Shown here: piece by piece, positions 1-9,030 of the stretch
Layout: each line of letters opens with the position of its first letter
Position numbering within the stretch: the stretch's first letter is position 1
Translations under genes and position numbers: made by a program
Origin: an uncultured virus (IMG/VR IMGVR_UViG_3300002242_000758)
Taxonomy: Duplodnaviria; Heunggongvirae; Uroviricota; Caudoviricetes
DNA length: 64,000 bases
IMG/VR virus record: IMGVR_UViG_3300002242_000758
Coordinates: 1-64,000 of that record
Strand: one strand, 5' to 3'
Notes under the pieces: model-generated
What the model saw: the letters and a program-made list of their open reading frames with translations, nothing else
What the model was told of the DNA's origin: nothing
Databases searched by the model: none

Positions 1-165
1 TGTAATAAGGTTAGAAAAGAGATGGGACATTACCCGTCTCTTAAATTTTTTCAGAAAGGAGGGGTCCTAATGGTAGGACCCTTAATTTTCATAAGAAAAG
101 GGAAAGAATATGTACTAGCTACAGAATGCTAGTCCTTTCCCTTTTATTTTTTTTAGGAGGTTCAT

Positions 166-231
166 ATGGCTATCTTATGTTTTATACTTTATAGCTTTTA
201 TATTAAACTTGTTAGTTTTTATATTTTTTAG
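166..231 (+). CDS. possible 21-aa hydrophobic peptide (MAILCFILYSFYIKLVSFYIF)
   Basis: AGGAGG RBS just upstream of ATG 166; TAG at 229-231; too short for the ORF track. Confidence 0.3.
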   Translation: MAILCFILYSFYIKLVSFYIF

Positions 232-287
232 CTGTAACATTTGCTAGATATCAAGATCTTTCAGAAGTTTGGAATTGGGAGTTGTAA

Positions 288-548
288 ATGGTAGATACTA
301 TTACGGAATTTATTATACTGGTTATAATCATAGGTGTTAATGTTTCTATGGTATTTATGCTAGATCTTTATATCAGCCCAGAATCTAAATATGCTAAATA
401 TATAAAAATAGCACAATATAGTTATATAGCTATTATGCTAATATTTTTTAAATATATTATATTATTTACTATCATAAATATGTATTTAGTATTAACTATT
501 TTAATTTGGGTTACTTTATATGACTTTATGCTAATGAAAAAAAGATAG
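288..548 (+). CDS. small multi-pass membrane protein, unknown function
   Basis: 86 aa, 2-3 hydrophobic segments, GGGGAG upstream, followed by a terminator. Confidence 0.6.
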   Translation: MVDTITEFIILVIIIGVNVSMVFMLDLYISPESKYAKYIKIAQYSYIAIMLIFFKYIILFTIINMYLVLTILIWVTLYDFMLMKKR

Positions 549-559
549 AAAGTTTTTAA

Positions 560-596
560 ACTAGGCAGGCCATACGACCTGTCTAGTATTTTTTTT
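560..596. terminator. intrinsic terminator between convergent genes
   Basis: ACTAGGCAGG..CCTGTCTAGT hairpin followed by a T run. Confidence 0.75.
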
Positions 597-1503
597 AAGT
601 TATTGGATTTTCTCTAGTACCTTCATAGTTAACATCATTATCTGTAGGAGTATCTAGAGTAGGGTCTACTTTATCTGCTGGTAGAAGGATATCTTCACTA
701 TCTCTACTCCACAATGCTAGTTTTTGTAATATACTATTACTTAATTGTCTTATTCTTTTATTAGTAGAAGGTATAGCGAATCCTCCTAAGTCTAAATTTA
801 TTTCTTTTAGTTCTCTACCAGCTTTCTTATTTTTTTTACCAGTTATTTCAGGATTACTTGTAGGAAATAAATTAGCTACTAACCAACCTCTAACTGCTCT
901 TCTATATAAACTATCTGGCTCTATAAAAATAGCAGTCATGGTATACCAATCTGGTGTCCAAATTTTAGGCAATGACTCTTCAGGTACTATTCTAGTAATT
1001 AATGGAGCTTTAAGATCAGGGTCCATCATCCCATATCTAATCCAAACATCTAATAAAGTTTCAAATGGAGTACCCATTCTTTCGTCTAGTGTTATAGTCA
1101 CAGATGAACCCTCTCTTTTAACATCACTTACTTCTTTAAATACGGCGCCTGATAGACCTAACTCATGCTCAGTGGTGTCTACAGTTAGAGAAGCATTAAG
1201 CCCATCTATTGTCTTAGCATGTACTTCTAGCATAGCTTTAGCTGCTGTTTTCCAATCAGCAGAATTAGGAAGTAAATCAAACATCCTAGGAACTTGTAAT
1301 GCTATCGGTATAAGATCTCTTTTTTGATAAGCTTGTTCATGCATCCATTCATGAATAGCAGCATCATTATTAACACCGCCTATTCTTGGAAGGAGACCCC
1401 ATTGCCCACCTTTATGTATATCGATGGTGGGTAATTCTGCGTAGCTTTGATCAGATGTGATCTGATTAAGCATGTCTGTAATTTTTACATTTTCAACAGC
1501 CAT
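595..1503 (-). CDS. tail tube protein (phiKZ gp30-like)
   Basis: 302 aa directly downstream of the sheath gene; motifs IDGLNASLTVD, WIRYGMMDP and IFIEPD recalled from phiKZ-like tube proteins. Confidence 0.85.
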   Translation of the reverse strand: MAVENVKITDMLNQITSDQSYAELPTIDIHKGGQWGLLPRIGGVNNDAAIHEWMHEQAYQKRDLIPIALQVPRMFDLLPNSADWKTAAKAMLEVHAKTIDGLNASLTVDTTEHELGLSGAVFKEVSDVKREGSSVTITLDERMGTPFETLLDVWIRYGMMDPDLKAPLITRIVPEESLPKIWTPDWYTMTAIFIEPDSLYRRAVRGWLVANLFPTSNPEITGKKNKKAGRELKEINLDLGGFAIPSTNKRIRQLSNSILQKLALWSRDSEDILLPADKVDPTLDTPTDNDVNYEGTRENPIT

Positions 1504-1546
1504 AATTCATCCTTATCTTTTTTTTTATTTAGTGGACAAGGAAGAC

Positions 1547-3682
1547 TTACATGTCTTCTTTGTTCCATGCTTCTATATAGTGTGTCATAACAGTTTTCAT
1601 AACATTGCCATAAAGTTTGCTTGCTACAGTCCAACTATATCCTCTTCTTTCATCAAAATTTGTTATCATAGCTTTTACGTTAGTTTCTATAATATATGCA
1701 AATTTACCATCTAATTGGTTATTCATCCAAGTTTCTACTTTATCTATAAATTCAGGAGGAGTATCAGATGTATCACCAGTAAATTTTCTAAATGCCGCTG
1801 CGGCTACTTTATTAGTAATAGTAATAGCCAAAGCCATAAAGATATTATTTAGTACTGATGTGTCATTATCGTATACAGATTGTAATGCTGGGAATGAATA
1901 TGCTCTAAGGTCATATGGTTGCGGCCATATAACGCCAATGTTCCATAAATCAGGTTTTATTCCAGCTGGGATATATGATGGTTGGACATCACTATAGTTA
2001 AGTATAATATTTTTATCTCCCCTATCGAACATTAATTCCTTCTTCCATTTTTGCCCGCCCATCATTCTAGCGGCTTTATATGCTAGATCCATTATGAGAC
2101 CGTAGCGTTTATTTTCAGGGTCTAAATTATCTTTACCACTACCAGCCACGATCATACCTCTAACAACTGGAGTTCCGAAGTATGTTGATTCTGGAGCTAG
2201 GCTTAATGCTGCTTTTAAGTTAACTGCTATAGCTCTTTCTGTCATTAAGTCGTCATATTTGTTACCTAAGTTATCTATTCTTGTGCTTAGGCCTACAAAT
2301 GTATCTTTTCTTTTTGCAATAAAGTTAATCAATTTTTTCTTAGTATTTAAAGTAAAGCCAGTATCATATAGTACATTTTCTAAATTAACTGCAGGATCTA
2401 TTACTTCACTATTAGGATCTAAATATTTTTCCATAATTCTAGCTACACCTGCTTCAAAAGTAGCTTCATTCATAGTACCATCTTTACCAGCTCCTAGATA
2501 TACTGGAGTTGATTTGCTCATATATACTTCTTTATGGTTTGCAGCTAATAAGTCACTTATATCAGTATCATCATGTTGGAATGTGAAAAATGGTACTCTT
2601 TTACTAGAAAGTCCTGTGAATATGTTTACAATAAGATTTTGTTCATCTACTGGTTTAGTTTCAGGATTTAAAAAGTCTAGCCATTCTGAAGTATTAACCG
2701 TATTACCTTGCGCTGTTGTAACATCTTTATAAATATAATCTTTTTCTTCGTTTATTATATTTTTTGTATAATCTCTAATTTTACCATAGTAGACATATGG
2801 TTCACTTATAACAGGATATACTAAACTTCTTAGTGGATTATCTAGATTATTCCAATCTTTAACTATGTCTTCTAAAGATATAGGCATATTGGTTATAGGA
2901 TCTTTTGCATTTTTCTTTAGAACGAATTGTTCACTTTCAGCACCAAAAAGATTCTTAATTGTTTTACCAGTAGAATGTTCATCATCTCTTTTATAAAGGT
3001 ATAATTCATAAGGTAGCGCTAAATTACCTTCTAGATATGAACGTTTAAGATTTTCTTCGGTAGGTAAATTAATAGCAAAACCTATATTGTTATATTTAGA
3101 GCCTTTATAACTAGCTCTTATTTCTAGAATAGGGCACATAGTTGATGTTTGACCTTTGCTTCCAGTTAAATATCCAGTTTTACTAACCTTAGCGCCCATA
3201 GGTGCATCTTCATCTTCTTGATTAACTTCAGCAATAATTTTAAATTTATATCCTTCATGCTGAGTATCAACTATCGGTTTACCACTACTGTCTGTTGCTA
3301 TGCTCCCATCATCATTTCTTTTATAAACATTTACGGTATCTTTTAATAAATCTATATAAAGAGTAATGTTAGCTATAGTATCATTATCATCAGGAACTAT
3401 TCTCCAAAACATCATGGCATTACCAGCGGCTGACATTAATTCCGCTAATCTTGTAGCATGTGTGAAGAAAGGTTTATTTCTATCGAATGTTTCTTCTCCA
3501 TATAGTGCTACTAATCTACTACCATCTACTAATTCTTTAGTAGTAGGTCCACTTGCAGCAAAGCTCATTATGAGCGGTAAGTGGGTAGGTATTGTTATCG
3601 GTCTAGGAACTATAGGTTTAAGACTTTTATCGTCTGTACCTAGTTGAACAATCTGTGGTGAAGCGTTGACAATTACACTCAT
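1547..3682 (-). CDS. contractile tail sheath protein (phiKZ gp29-like)
   Basis: 711 aa; N-terminal IVNASPQ..LGTDDKS..PTHLP, LYGEETFD, LYDTGF, PESTYFGTPVVRG, FPALQSVYDNDTSVLN; AAAGGA RBS. Confidence 0.9.
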   Translation of the reverse strand: MSVIVNASPQIVQLGTDDKSLKPIVPRPITIPTHLPLIMSFAASGPTTKELVDGSRLVALYGEETFDRNKPFFTHATRLAELMSAAGNAMMFWRIVPDDNDTIANITLYIDLLKDTVNVYKRNDDGSIATDSSGKPIVDTQHEGYKFKIIAEVNQEDEDAPMGAKVSKTGYLTGSKGQTSTMCPILEIRASYKGSKYNNIGFAINLPTEENLKRSYLEGNLALPYELYLYKRDDEHSTGKTIKNLFGAESEQFVLKKNAKDPITNMPISLEDIVKDWNNLDNPLRSLVYPVISEPYVYYGKIRDYTKNIINEEKDYIYKDVTTAQGNTVNTSEWLDFLNPETKPVDEQNLIVNIFTGLSSKRVPFFTFQHDDTDISDLLAANHKEVYMSKSTPVYLGAGKDGTMNEATFEAGVARIMEKYLDPNSEVIDPAVNLENVLYDTGFTLNTKKKLINFIAKRKDTFVGLSTRIDNLGNKYDDLMTERAIAVNLKAALSLAPESTYFGTPVVRGMIVAGSGKDNLDPENKRYGLIMDLAYKAARMMGGQKWKKELMFDRGDKNIILNYSDVQPSYIPAGIKPDLWNIGVIWPQPYDLRAYSFPALQSVYDNDTSVLNNIFMALAITITNKVAAAAFRKFTGDTSDTPPEFIDKVETWMNNQLDGKFAYIIETNVKAMITNFDERRGYSWTVASKLYGNVMKTVMTHYIEAWNKEDM

Positions 3683-3752
3683 TTTTTATTCCTTTCTAAT
3701 GTGAAATCCGATGATAAGAATCATCATAGTATAATGAAAAAAATTATATTAT

Positions 3753-3780
3753 CAGTATAAGGTTTAATAACCTTATACTG
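3753..3780 (-). terminator. terminator hairpin after the 620-aa gene
   Basis: CAGTATAAGGTT-TAAT-AACCTTATACTG perfect stem; A run at 3737-3743 gives a U tract on the minus strand. Confidence 0.7.
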
Positions 3781-5643
3781 TTAGTGAAATTTATAAAACT
3801 TTCGAGTTTTCCCTTGTTCCTTATTGACTAATAAGTATATATAACCTATTCTAGTTTGTATGAAATGTTCTAAAAGCCCATCTTCGTTATAATCTACATT
3901 ATATTCCTTTATGATATGTTTATCTCTCTCATATACTATAAAATTTAACTTATTATTACTATCAGCTATTTTAAACGCTACTATATTTCCATCTTTTAAT
4001 CTAAAGCATGCTAGGTTTTTATTTCTAAATTCAGATGGTATAGTAGTAACATCTGCAGAATAATTATCATTAGTATCTATAATAGTATTAGTGCTTATAC
4101 TATATACTAATGTAGAAAATGCATTAGAACCTTTTGGAAAAATGAGTACCCTATTACTGTCTATCTCACATGCTGATAAACCATCTAGTGTTTTGTTATA
4201 AGTATAACTATAGATTAGATTACTAGACATATTATCTAGATTTATTTTGTAAACATCTATAACATTATGATTTTTATAATTAATGCCTATTAAATATAAA
4301 TCATCTGCCATCTCCATAATTTTTCTACTAGCAAGACTATCTATCTTTATATTAAATGTTTTAGATCTACCGGTTGTTATAACATTTGTAAATGGGTCAT
4401 ATTCAAAACTAATTATTTTTAATTTATCTTTATCTTTAGTCTGTATGTACCCTCTTTTTTCAGTAATTAACCTAATGGTATAGTCTCCGGATATGTTAAT
4501 ATCGCTATCTTTAAACTTTATTAGAACATTGTTCTTTTTATCTATTACAGACATAGCTAATTTACCATTATCCATTTTTATCGGAGTTATATAATCAAAA
4601 AATTCTTCTGTATTTCCCTTACTTCGGCTTATATTAAGATAATCTGCATTATTATAATTACATTCAGAACCAGAGTCATCATAGTTATTATCTATGGTAG
4701 TAGTATCTAATACTTTATAATTATAATGGTATGTTTCATCTGCTAACATTTTTTCATTTTGTCCTATAGTAGTTATAAGGAATATATCAGAAAACGTATG
4801 TTCCTTATTACTGCTATCTGAATATTTTAAATTTAATTTAATTTTATATGTACTTTCTAATTTTAAGACAATCGGTATAATAACTTCATTATCATGTATT
4901 TTAAGATCTTCTAAAATATTATCATCCATATCTAACAACAAGGCTCTTTCTACATTTACAGTAGTTTGTGACGTAGAGACTATCTTAAATTTATTTACCT
5001 CATTAGGGTCTAAATTAAATTTATTGCCTTCTATAACATAATAAACCCTTTTAATTAAATATCTATCCCTAACTACTTTGGATATAGTAGAATTATTAGC
5101 AATATTAATTAATTTTATACCCAAACTAAAAATATCTGCAAAGTTTACATCATTGGCACTTATTTTTAGCTCACCATTATTTACATTATAGTTTAATATT
5201 TTACTATATACTAGTTTTTCATTATCGTCATATAACTCTACTAAAGTACCTTTATATCCTATATTAGTTCTAGGCTCTGTTATCTCTATAGTTAATTCTT
5301 TGCCAGGTAAATATGATATACTTTTAATAATAGGTTCTGATATAAAAAGTTTAGGAGATAAATATTCACTAATATTAGTATTTTCACTAAAAACTGGTTT
5401 AGGCCCTATCCAATTACTATCGACATAATTGCCATTAGAATCTTTAAGTTTACGTAATGCCCAAACATACCAAACTTTTCCAGTTGGTATTAGCGTATTA
5501 ACTTCCCATGTTGTTAACTCAGTAGTGCTTTCTTTTATTTCAGATTCAATTTCATTTCCTGATGGATCGTGTGTTAATTTCCATGATGTAGCAACATGTT
5601 TTAAGTTACTTTCTGGTGGCCATTCTGATATAGTAAAAATCAT
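3781..5643 (-). CDS. putative virion accessory protein: N-terminal Fn3/Ig-like domain, beta-rich C-terminus
   Basis: Start moved to ATG 5643 (AAAGGA RBS), 620 aa; HVATSWKL..D..WYVW pattern shared with ORF 22885-23259. Confidence 0.5.
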   Translation of the reverse strand: MIFTISEWPPESNLKHVATSWKLTHDPSGNEIESEIKESTTELTTWEVNTLIPTGKVWYVWALRKLKDSNGNYVDSNWIGPKPVFSENTNISEYLSPKLFISEPIIKSISYLPGKELTIEITEPRTNIGYKGTLVELYDDNEKLVYSKILNYNVNNGELKISANDVNFADIFSLGIKLINIANNSTISKVVRDRYLIKRVYYVIEGNKFNLDPNEVNKFKIVSTSQTTVNVERALLLDMDDNILEDLKIHDNEVIIPIVLKLESTYKIKLNLKYSDSSNKEHTFSDIFLITTIGQNEKMLADETYHYNYKVLDTTTIDNNYDDSGSECNYNNADYLNISRSKGNTEEFFDYITPIKMDNGKLAMSVIDKKNNVLIKFKDSDINISGDYTIRLITEKRGYIQTKDKDKLKIISFEYDPFTNVITTGRSKTFNIKIDSLASRKIMEMADDLYLIGINYKNHNVIDVYKINLDNMSSNLIYSYTYNKTLDGLSACEIDSNRVLIFPKGSNAFSTLVYSISTNTIIDTNDNYSADVTTIPSEFRNKNLACFRLKDGNIVAFKIADSNNKLNFIVYERDKHIIKEYNVDYNEDGLLEHFIQTRIGYIYLLVNKEQGKTRKFYKFH

Positions 5644-5752
5644 GGTTCTATCCTTTTTATCATATGGTATTTTCAAAATATGTTGCCATATAGAATTCTT
5701 TATTATAGATAAGGATTATAATGACATAAAACGATATTATAGAGGAGAAGAT

Positions 5753-7171
5753 ATGAACATTAAAGCACCTAATAAAATGTTTTCTAGACCATTAATAAAT
5801 GTGGGGGCATTATTAGATATACCTACTGGTTCTTATGTAAAAGGAGTTAAAGGCGAACATTTATTAAATGGCGGTATATCTGGAGTCACTGGAGTAGTGG
5901 GCGCTGGTAATAGATTTAAGTCTACTATAATTAACTATATGATGCTTTCGGCTGCTGATAGAATGAATGCTTCAGGTATATTAGCACCTATGCATACATA
6001 TGATACTGAAGATAATATGGATTTAAATTTAGATAGACTTAACGCTTTAGCTTCTAGATATGAAAATATTCCAGAAGAACCTCTTTATGATCAGAACGTT
6101 TGGTCTTTTATATCCAANTCTGATATGACTGCTGAGGATTGGATTAANCTTCTTTATGAGACTATAGAAAAAAAGAGTGAAGANAAGAAATTAAGAATAA
6201 AATATGATGCATTTTATAATAGAGTAGTAAAAGCTGTAACTGAATTAGTTACTCCTAGTTTTGTAGCTATTGACAGTTTGACTGAACTAGAATCATCTAA
6301 GACAGCTGATGTTGTTTTAAATGGAGATATAGATTCTAGTAATGTCGTATTTGCGCAACAAGGTCTGTTTAAAACTAAATTTATCAAAGACTTACCGAGA
6401 ATGTCTAATAAAGCTAATATATATTTCTTATTAACTGCTCATGTTGGTAAGGATATACAATTAGCAGCTAGTCCATATGCGCCTAAGCCTACTAAGGCTC
6501 TCCAGTTTATAAAACATGGAGAAAAAATAAAAGGCGTAAGTGATAAATTATTTTTCCTATCTTCACATTTGTGGCAATCTAGCTCAACAACACCTCTAAT
6601 AAATCAATCAACTAAGGGTCCCGAATATCCTATAAATGAAACTGATAATAATACGGATCTATTTTTAGTTAGATTATTGATGTTAAGATCAAAATCTGGT
6701 CCTTCTGGAATAACAGTAGACCTCATAGTTAGCCAAAAAGAAGGGGTTCTACCTAGTTTATCTGAATTCCATTTTATCAAAACTATGAAATATGGATTAG
6801 AAGGAAGTAATAGAAGTTATGCACTATCCCTTTATCCTAATTGTAAATTATCTAGGACTACTGTAAGAGGTAAAATAGAAAAAGATCCTAAACTTAGAAG
6901 AGCACTAAATATAACTGCTGAAATGTTGCAAATGACACAGTATATGCAGCAATATAAAAAATATTTCTGTACACCAGCCGAGCTATATGAAGATATTAAA
7001 AAACAAGGGTATGATTGGGATGATATTTTAGAAAATACAAGAGGATGGTGGACTATAAAAAATTACAGTACTAAATCTAAATTCCTGTCTACTTTAGATT
7101 TATTAAAAATGAGAGTAGGGGAATATACCCCATATTGGTATAAGAAAGATAAAAAAGGAGCTAAAAAATGA
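5753..7171 (+). CDS. uvsX: UvsX/RecA-like recombinase (phiKZ gp152-like)
   Basis: Start moved to ATG 5753 (GAGGAG RBS), 472 aa; INVGALLDIPTG, P-loop GAGNRFKST, YDTE, Walker B VAIDSLTE, LRSKSGPSG. Confidence 0.88.
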   Translation: MNIKAPNKMFSRPLINVGALLDIPTGSYVKGVKGEHLLNGGISGVTGVVGAGNRFKSTIINYMMLSAADRMNASGILAPMHTYDTEDNMDLNLDRLNALASRYENIPEEPLYDQNVWSFISXSDMTAEDWIXLLYETIEKKSEXKKLRIKYDAFYNRVVKAVTELVTPSFVAIDSLTELESSKTADVVLNGDIDSSNVVFAQQGLFKTKFIKDLPRMSNKANIYFLLTAHVGKDIQLAASPYAPKPTKALQFIKHGEKIKGVSDKLFFLSSHLWQSSSTTPLINQSTKGPEYPINETDNNTDLFLVRLLMLRSKSGPSGITVDLIVSQKEGVLPSLSEFHFIKTMKYGLEGSNRSYALSLYPNCKLSRTTVRGKIEKDPKLRRALNITAEMLQMTQYMQQYKKYFCTPAELYEDIKKQGYDWDDILENTRGWWTIKNYSTKSKFLSTLDLLKMRVGEYTPYWYKKDKKGAKK

Positions 7172-7575
7172 AAAAAAAGTTACCAATTAGAGAGCCTCTT
7201 ACTAATAAAGAGGCCATAGAACTTAATGATGAACTTTATAAAATGTCTCAAGAATTATATCTAAAAGATAGTAGTCATGGGGATCTATTGTTTAAATTCT
7301 TAACTAGATTAAGAGCGAATAATGAAAAAGCTTATGAAATATTAAGTAATTATATATTCAGCATAGATCCTAATATATCTGATAAAAATTCTCTTATACA
7401 AAAAATTACCATTAATAAGGTTTTAATTTCTTATCTATTAACAATAGCAGCTGTATCTGGTATTGATGTAAGTAATGCGCTTACTGGGTGTGATAATGGT
7501 TTTAAAGAGGATGTTTGGCTAGATGGTGTCTTTGAATTAGTATTGCCAGTTATTTTGAATAATTTAGATATATAA
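7168..7575 (+). CDS. hypothetical protein
   Basis: 135 aa, AAGGAG RBS, ATGA overlap with the uvsX stop. Confidence 0.75.
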   Translation: MKKKLPIREPLTNKEAIELNDELYKMSQELYLKDSSHGDLLFKFLTRLRANNEKAYEILSNYIFSIDPNISDKNSLIQKITINKVLISYLLTIAAVSGIDVSNALTGCDNGFKEDVWLDGVFELVLPVILNNLDI

Positions 7576-7585
7576 AGGAATAATA

Positions 7586-8299
7586 ATGGAAAGAATCTAT
7601 AGAGTTAAGAAGAGCGGTGATGATGCTAAATCATCTGATCCAAAACTGATCGCCAAGTTATCAGGTAGTTTGCCTATATTATATTTGACTGGTAATTTTA
7701 TAGATAGGTATAAGATAGAAGAAACAGATACTATTTTTAATAATAGTCCAAATAGTGTATATCTAGAAGATGCCAATAATACAGAACTTGATGTATTGGC
7801 AGAAGTATTTAGTGCGAATAGAAATGAAAATTTATTATTAGTAGATAGTACTAAGAATAGACTTACTATTTTTAATGGAGTAAATGATTTTGTGCCAGAT
7901 CATTTTGCAAATAATCAGATCTATGTTCATGCTTACGATGTAGGAGGGACTTCTCTCCATTATGGCAGTGGTGAAACAATTACACTACCTACAAGTACCA
8001 ATATGGGTAAATTTTCATATACTAAATCCGTTAATAATCTTTCAAAAGCCAAAAAGTATACATTAACTCTACCAGGCATGAGAATAGGATCTATGATAGA
8101 TGATGTAAGATACACGGGTTCTGGTATAAAAGAAAATGTTACTATATTAACTATTTTGGAATTAGATGTAGATGAACTACAATTAGATACAAAAGAGTTA
8201 ACCCTTTATACTATTTATTCCAGTGATTTTTTCCGTAATAAATTAAGAATTATTGGAAGAAATTTAGATGTAAACAAAATCCATATACCTTTAATTTAA
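7586..8299 (+). CDS. hypothetical protein
   Basis: 237 aa, AAAGGA RBS, in the same operon. Confidence 0.75.
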   Translation: MERIYRVKKSGDDAKSSDPKLIAKLSGSLPILYLTGNFIDRYKIEETDTIFNNSPNSVYLEDANNTELDVLAEVFSANRNENLLLVDSTKNRLTIFNGVNDFVPDHFANNQIYVHAYDVGGTSLHYGSGETITLPTSTNMGKFSYTKSVNNLSKAKKYTLTLPGMRIGSMIDDVRYTGSGIKENVTILTILELDVDELQLDTKELTLYTIYSSDFFRNKLRIIGRNLDVNKIHIPLI

Positions 8300-8309
8300 A
8301 GGCTGATAT

Positions 8310-8984
8310 ATGTCTAAGAAAGATAAAAGAAAGAAGGTAGAGAAGTTTATTTTAGAATGGATGGATAAATTAACTGGTACAGATTTTAATCGTAAGCTTT
8401 ACGAAGAATTATTTAAAAAAATGGATGATGAAGAATTCGATGAGTTTATGAGGAAATTAAAAGCTGGGGCTATACTAAATGTTATAGTCCCACATTATAA
8501 GGGTGCTACTAAAATCAGTTTAGAAAAAAATTTTAAACTTTATAAAGAACTTGGTAAGGATTTTTTTCAGTATCTTATTTATAAACCAAAAGATCCTAAA
8601 AAACCTACTATAAAAAGTAAGTATAAATTCTTAACACTTTTACTTCCATTTAGAAGAACAAAACAAACAGCAGAAAAAGGTTTATCAGTTCCTCTACACG
8701 ATAAACAAATAGACGCCGTTACCGGGCAAGCTATAAACGATAGTAAAGGTTCTAAACTTAGTTATCCTGAAGTACAAGTTCTTAATGGTATGGGATTAAA
8801 AGATAGTGTTACAGAACTTTTTAGCGATAGAGGTGGGTCTGATAGTGGTAGATTGTTGAAACAGTTATTGATTAAATATGGAAAGGCATCTAAAAACGTT
8901 TTAGAGTATTATGATAGTGGAACATTGTCTACTAAATCTCTTAAAAACTATTTTAATGGTATGCATCTAAAAATAAATCTTTAG
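8310..8984 (+). CDS. virion RNA polymerase beta-like C-terminal subunit (phiKZ gp149-like)
   Basis: 224 aa; IDAVTGQ..DSKGSKLSYPEVQVL..G...ELFSDRGG resembles the beta switch-3/clamp region. Confidence 0.8.
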   Translation: MSKKDKRKKVEKFILEWMDKLTGTDFNRKLYEELFKKMDDEEFDEFMRKLKAGAILNVIVPHYKGATKISLEKNFKLYKELGKDFFQYLIYKPKDPKKPTIKSKYKFLTLLLPFRRTKQTAEKGLSVPLHDKQIDAVTGQAINDSKGSKLSYPEVQVLNGMGLKDSVTELFSDRGGSDSGRLLKQLLIKYGKASKNVLEYYDSGTLSTKSLKNYFNGMHLKINL

Positions 8985-9011
8985 TGTGTAAGGGTATTGC
9001 CCCTACACACT
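8983..9011. terminator. terminator between convergent genes
   Basis: AGTGTGTA(A)GGG..CCCTACACACT hairpin. Confidence 0.7.
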
Positions 9012-9030
9012 GAGAAAATCTTTTCTTTAT

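Noticed and set aside
220..340. Possible frameshifted continuation of the 166-231 micro-ORF through a T run
   Set aside because: The alternative frame overlaps the 288-548 gene and has no supporting features.
5429..5752. 108-codon N-terminal extension of the UvsX ORF
   Set aside because: It overlaps the divergent gene, and the RBS supports ATG 5753. Similar over-extensions were trimmed at 5676, 11122, 34029, 37503, 45752, 48836, 50292, 55008, 56101 and 60993.
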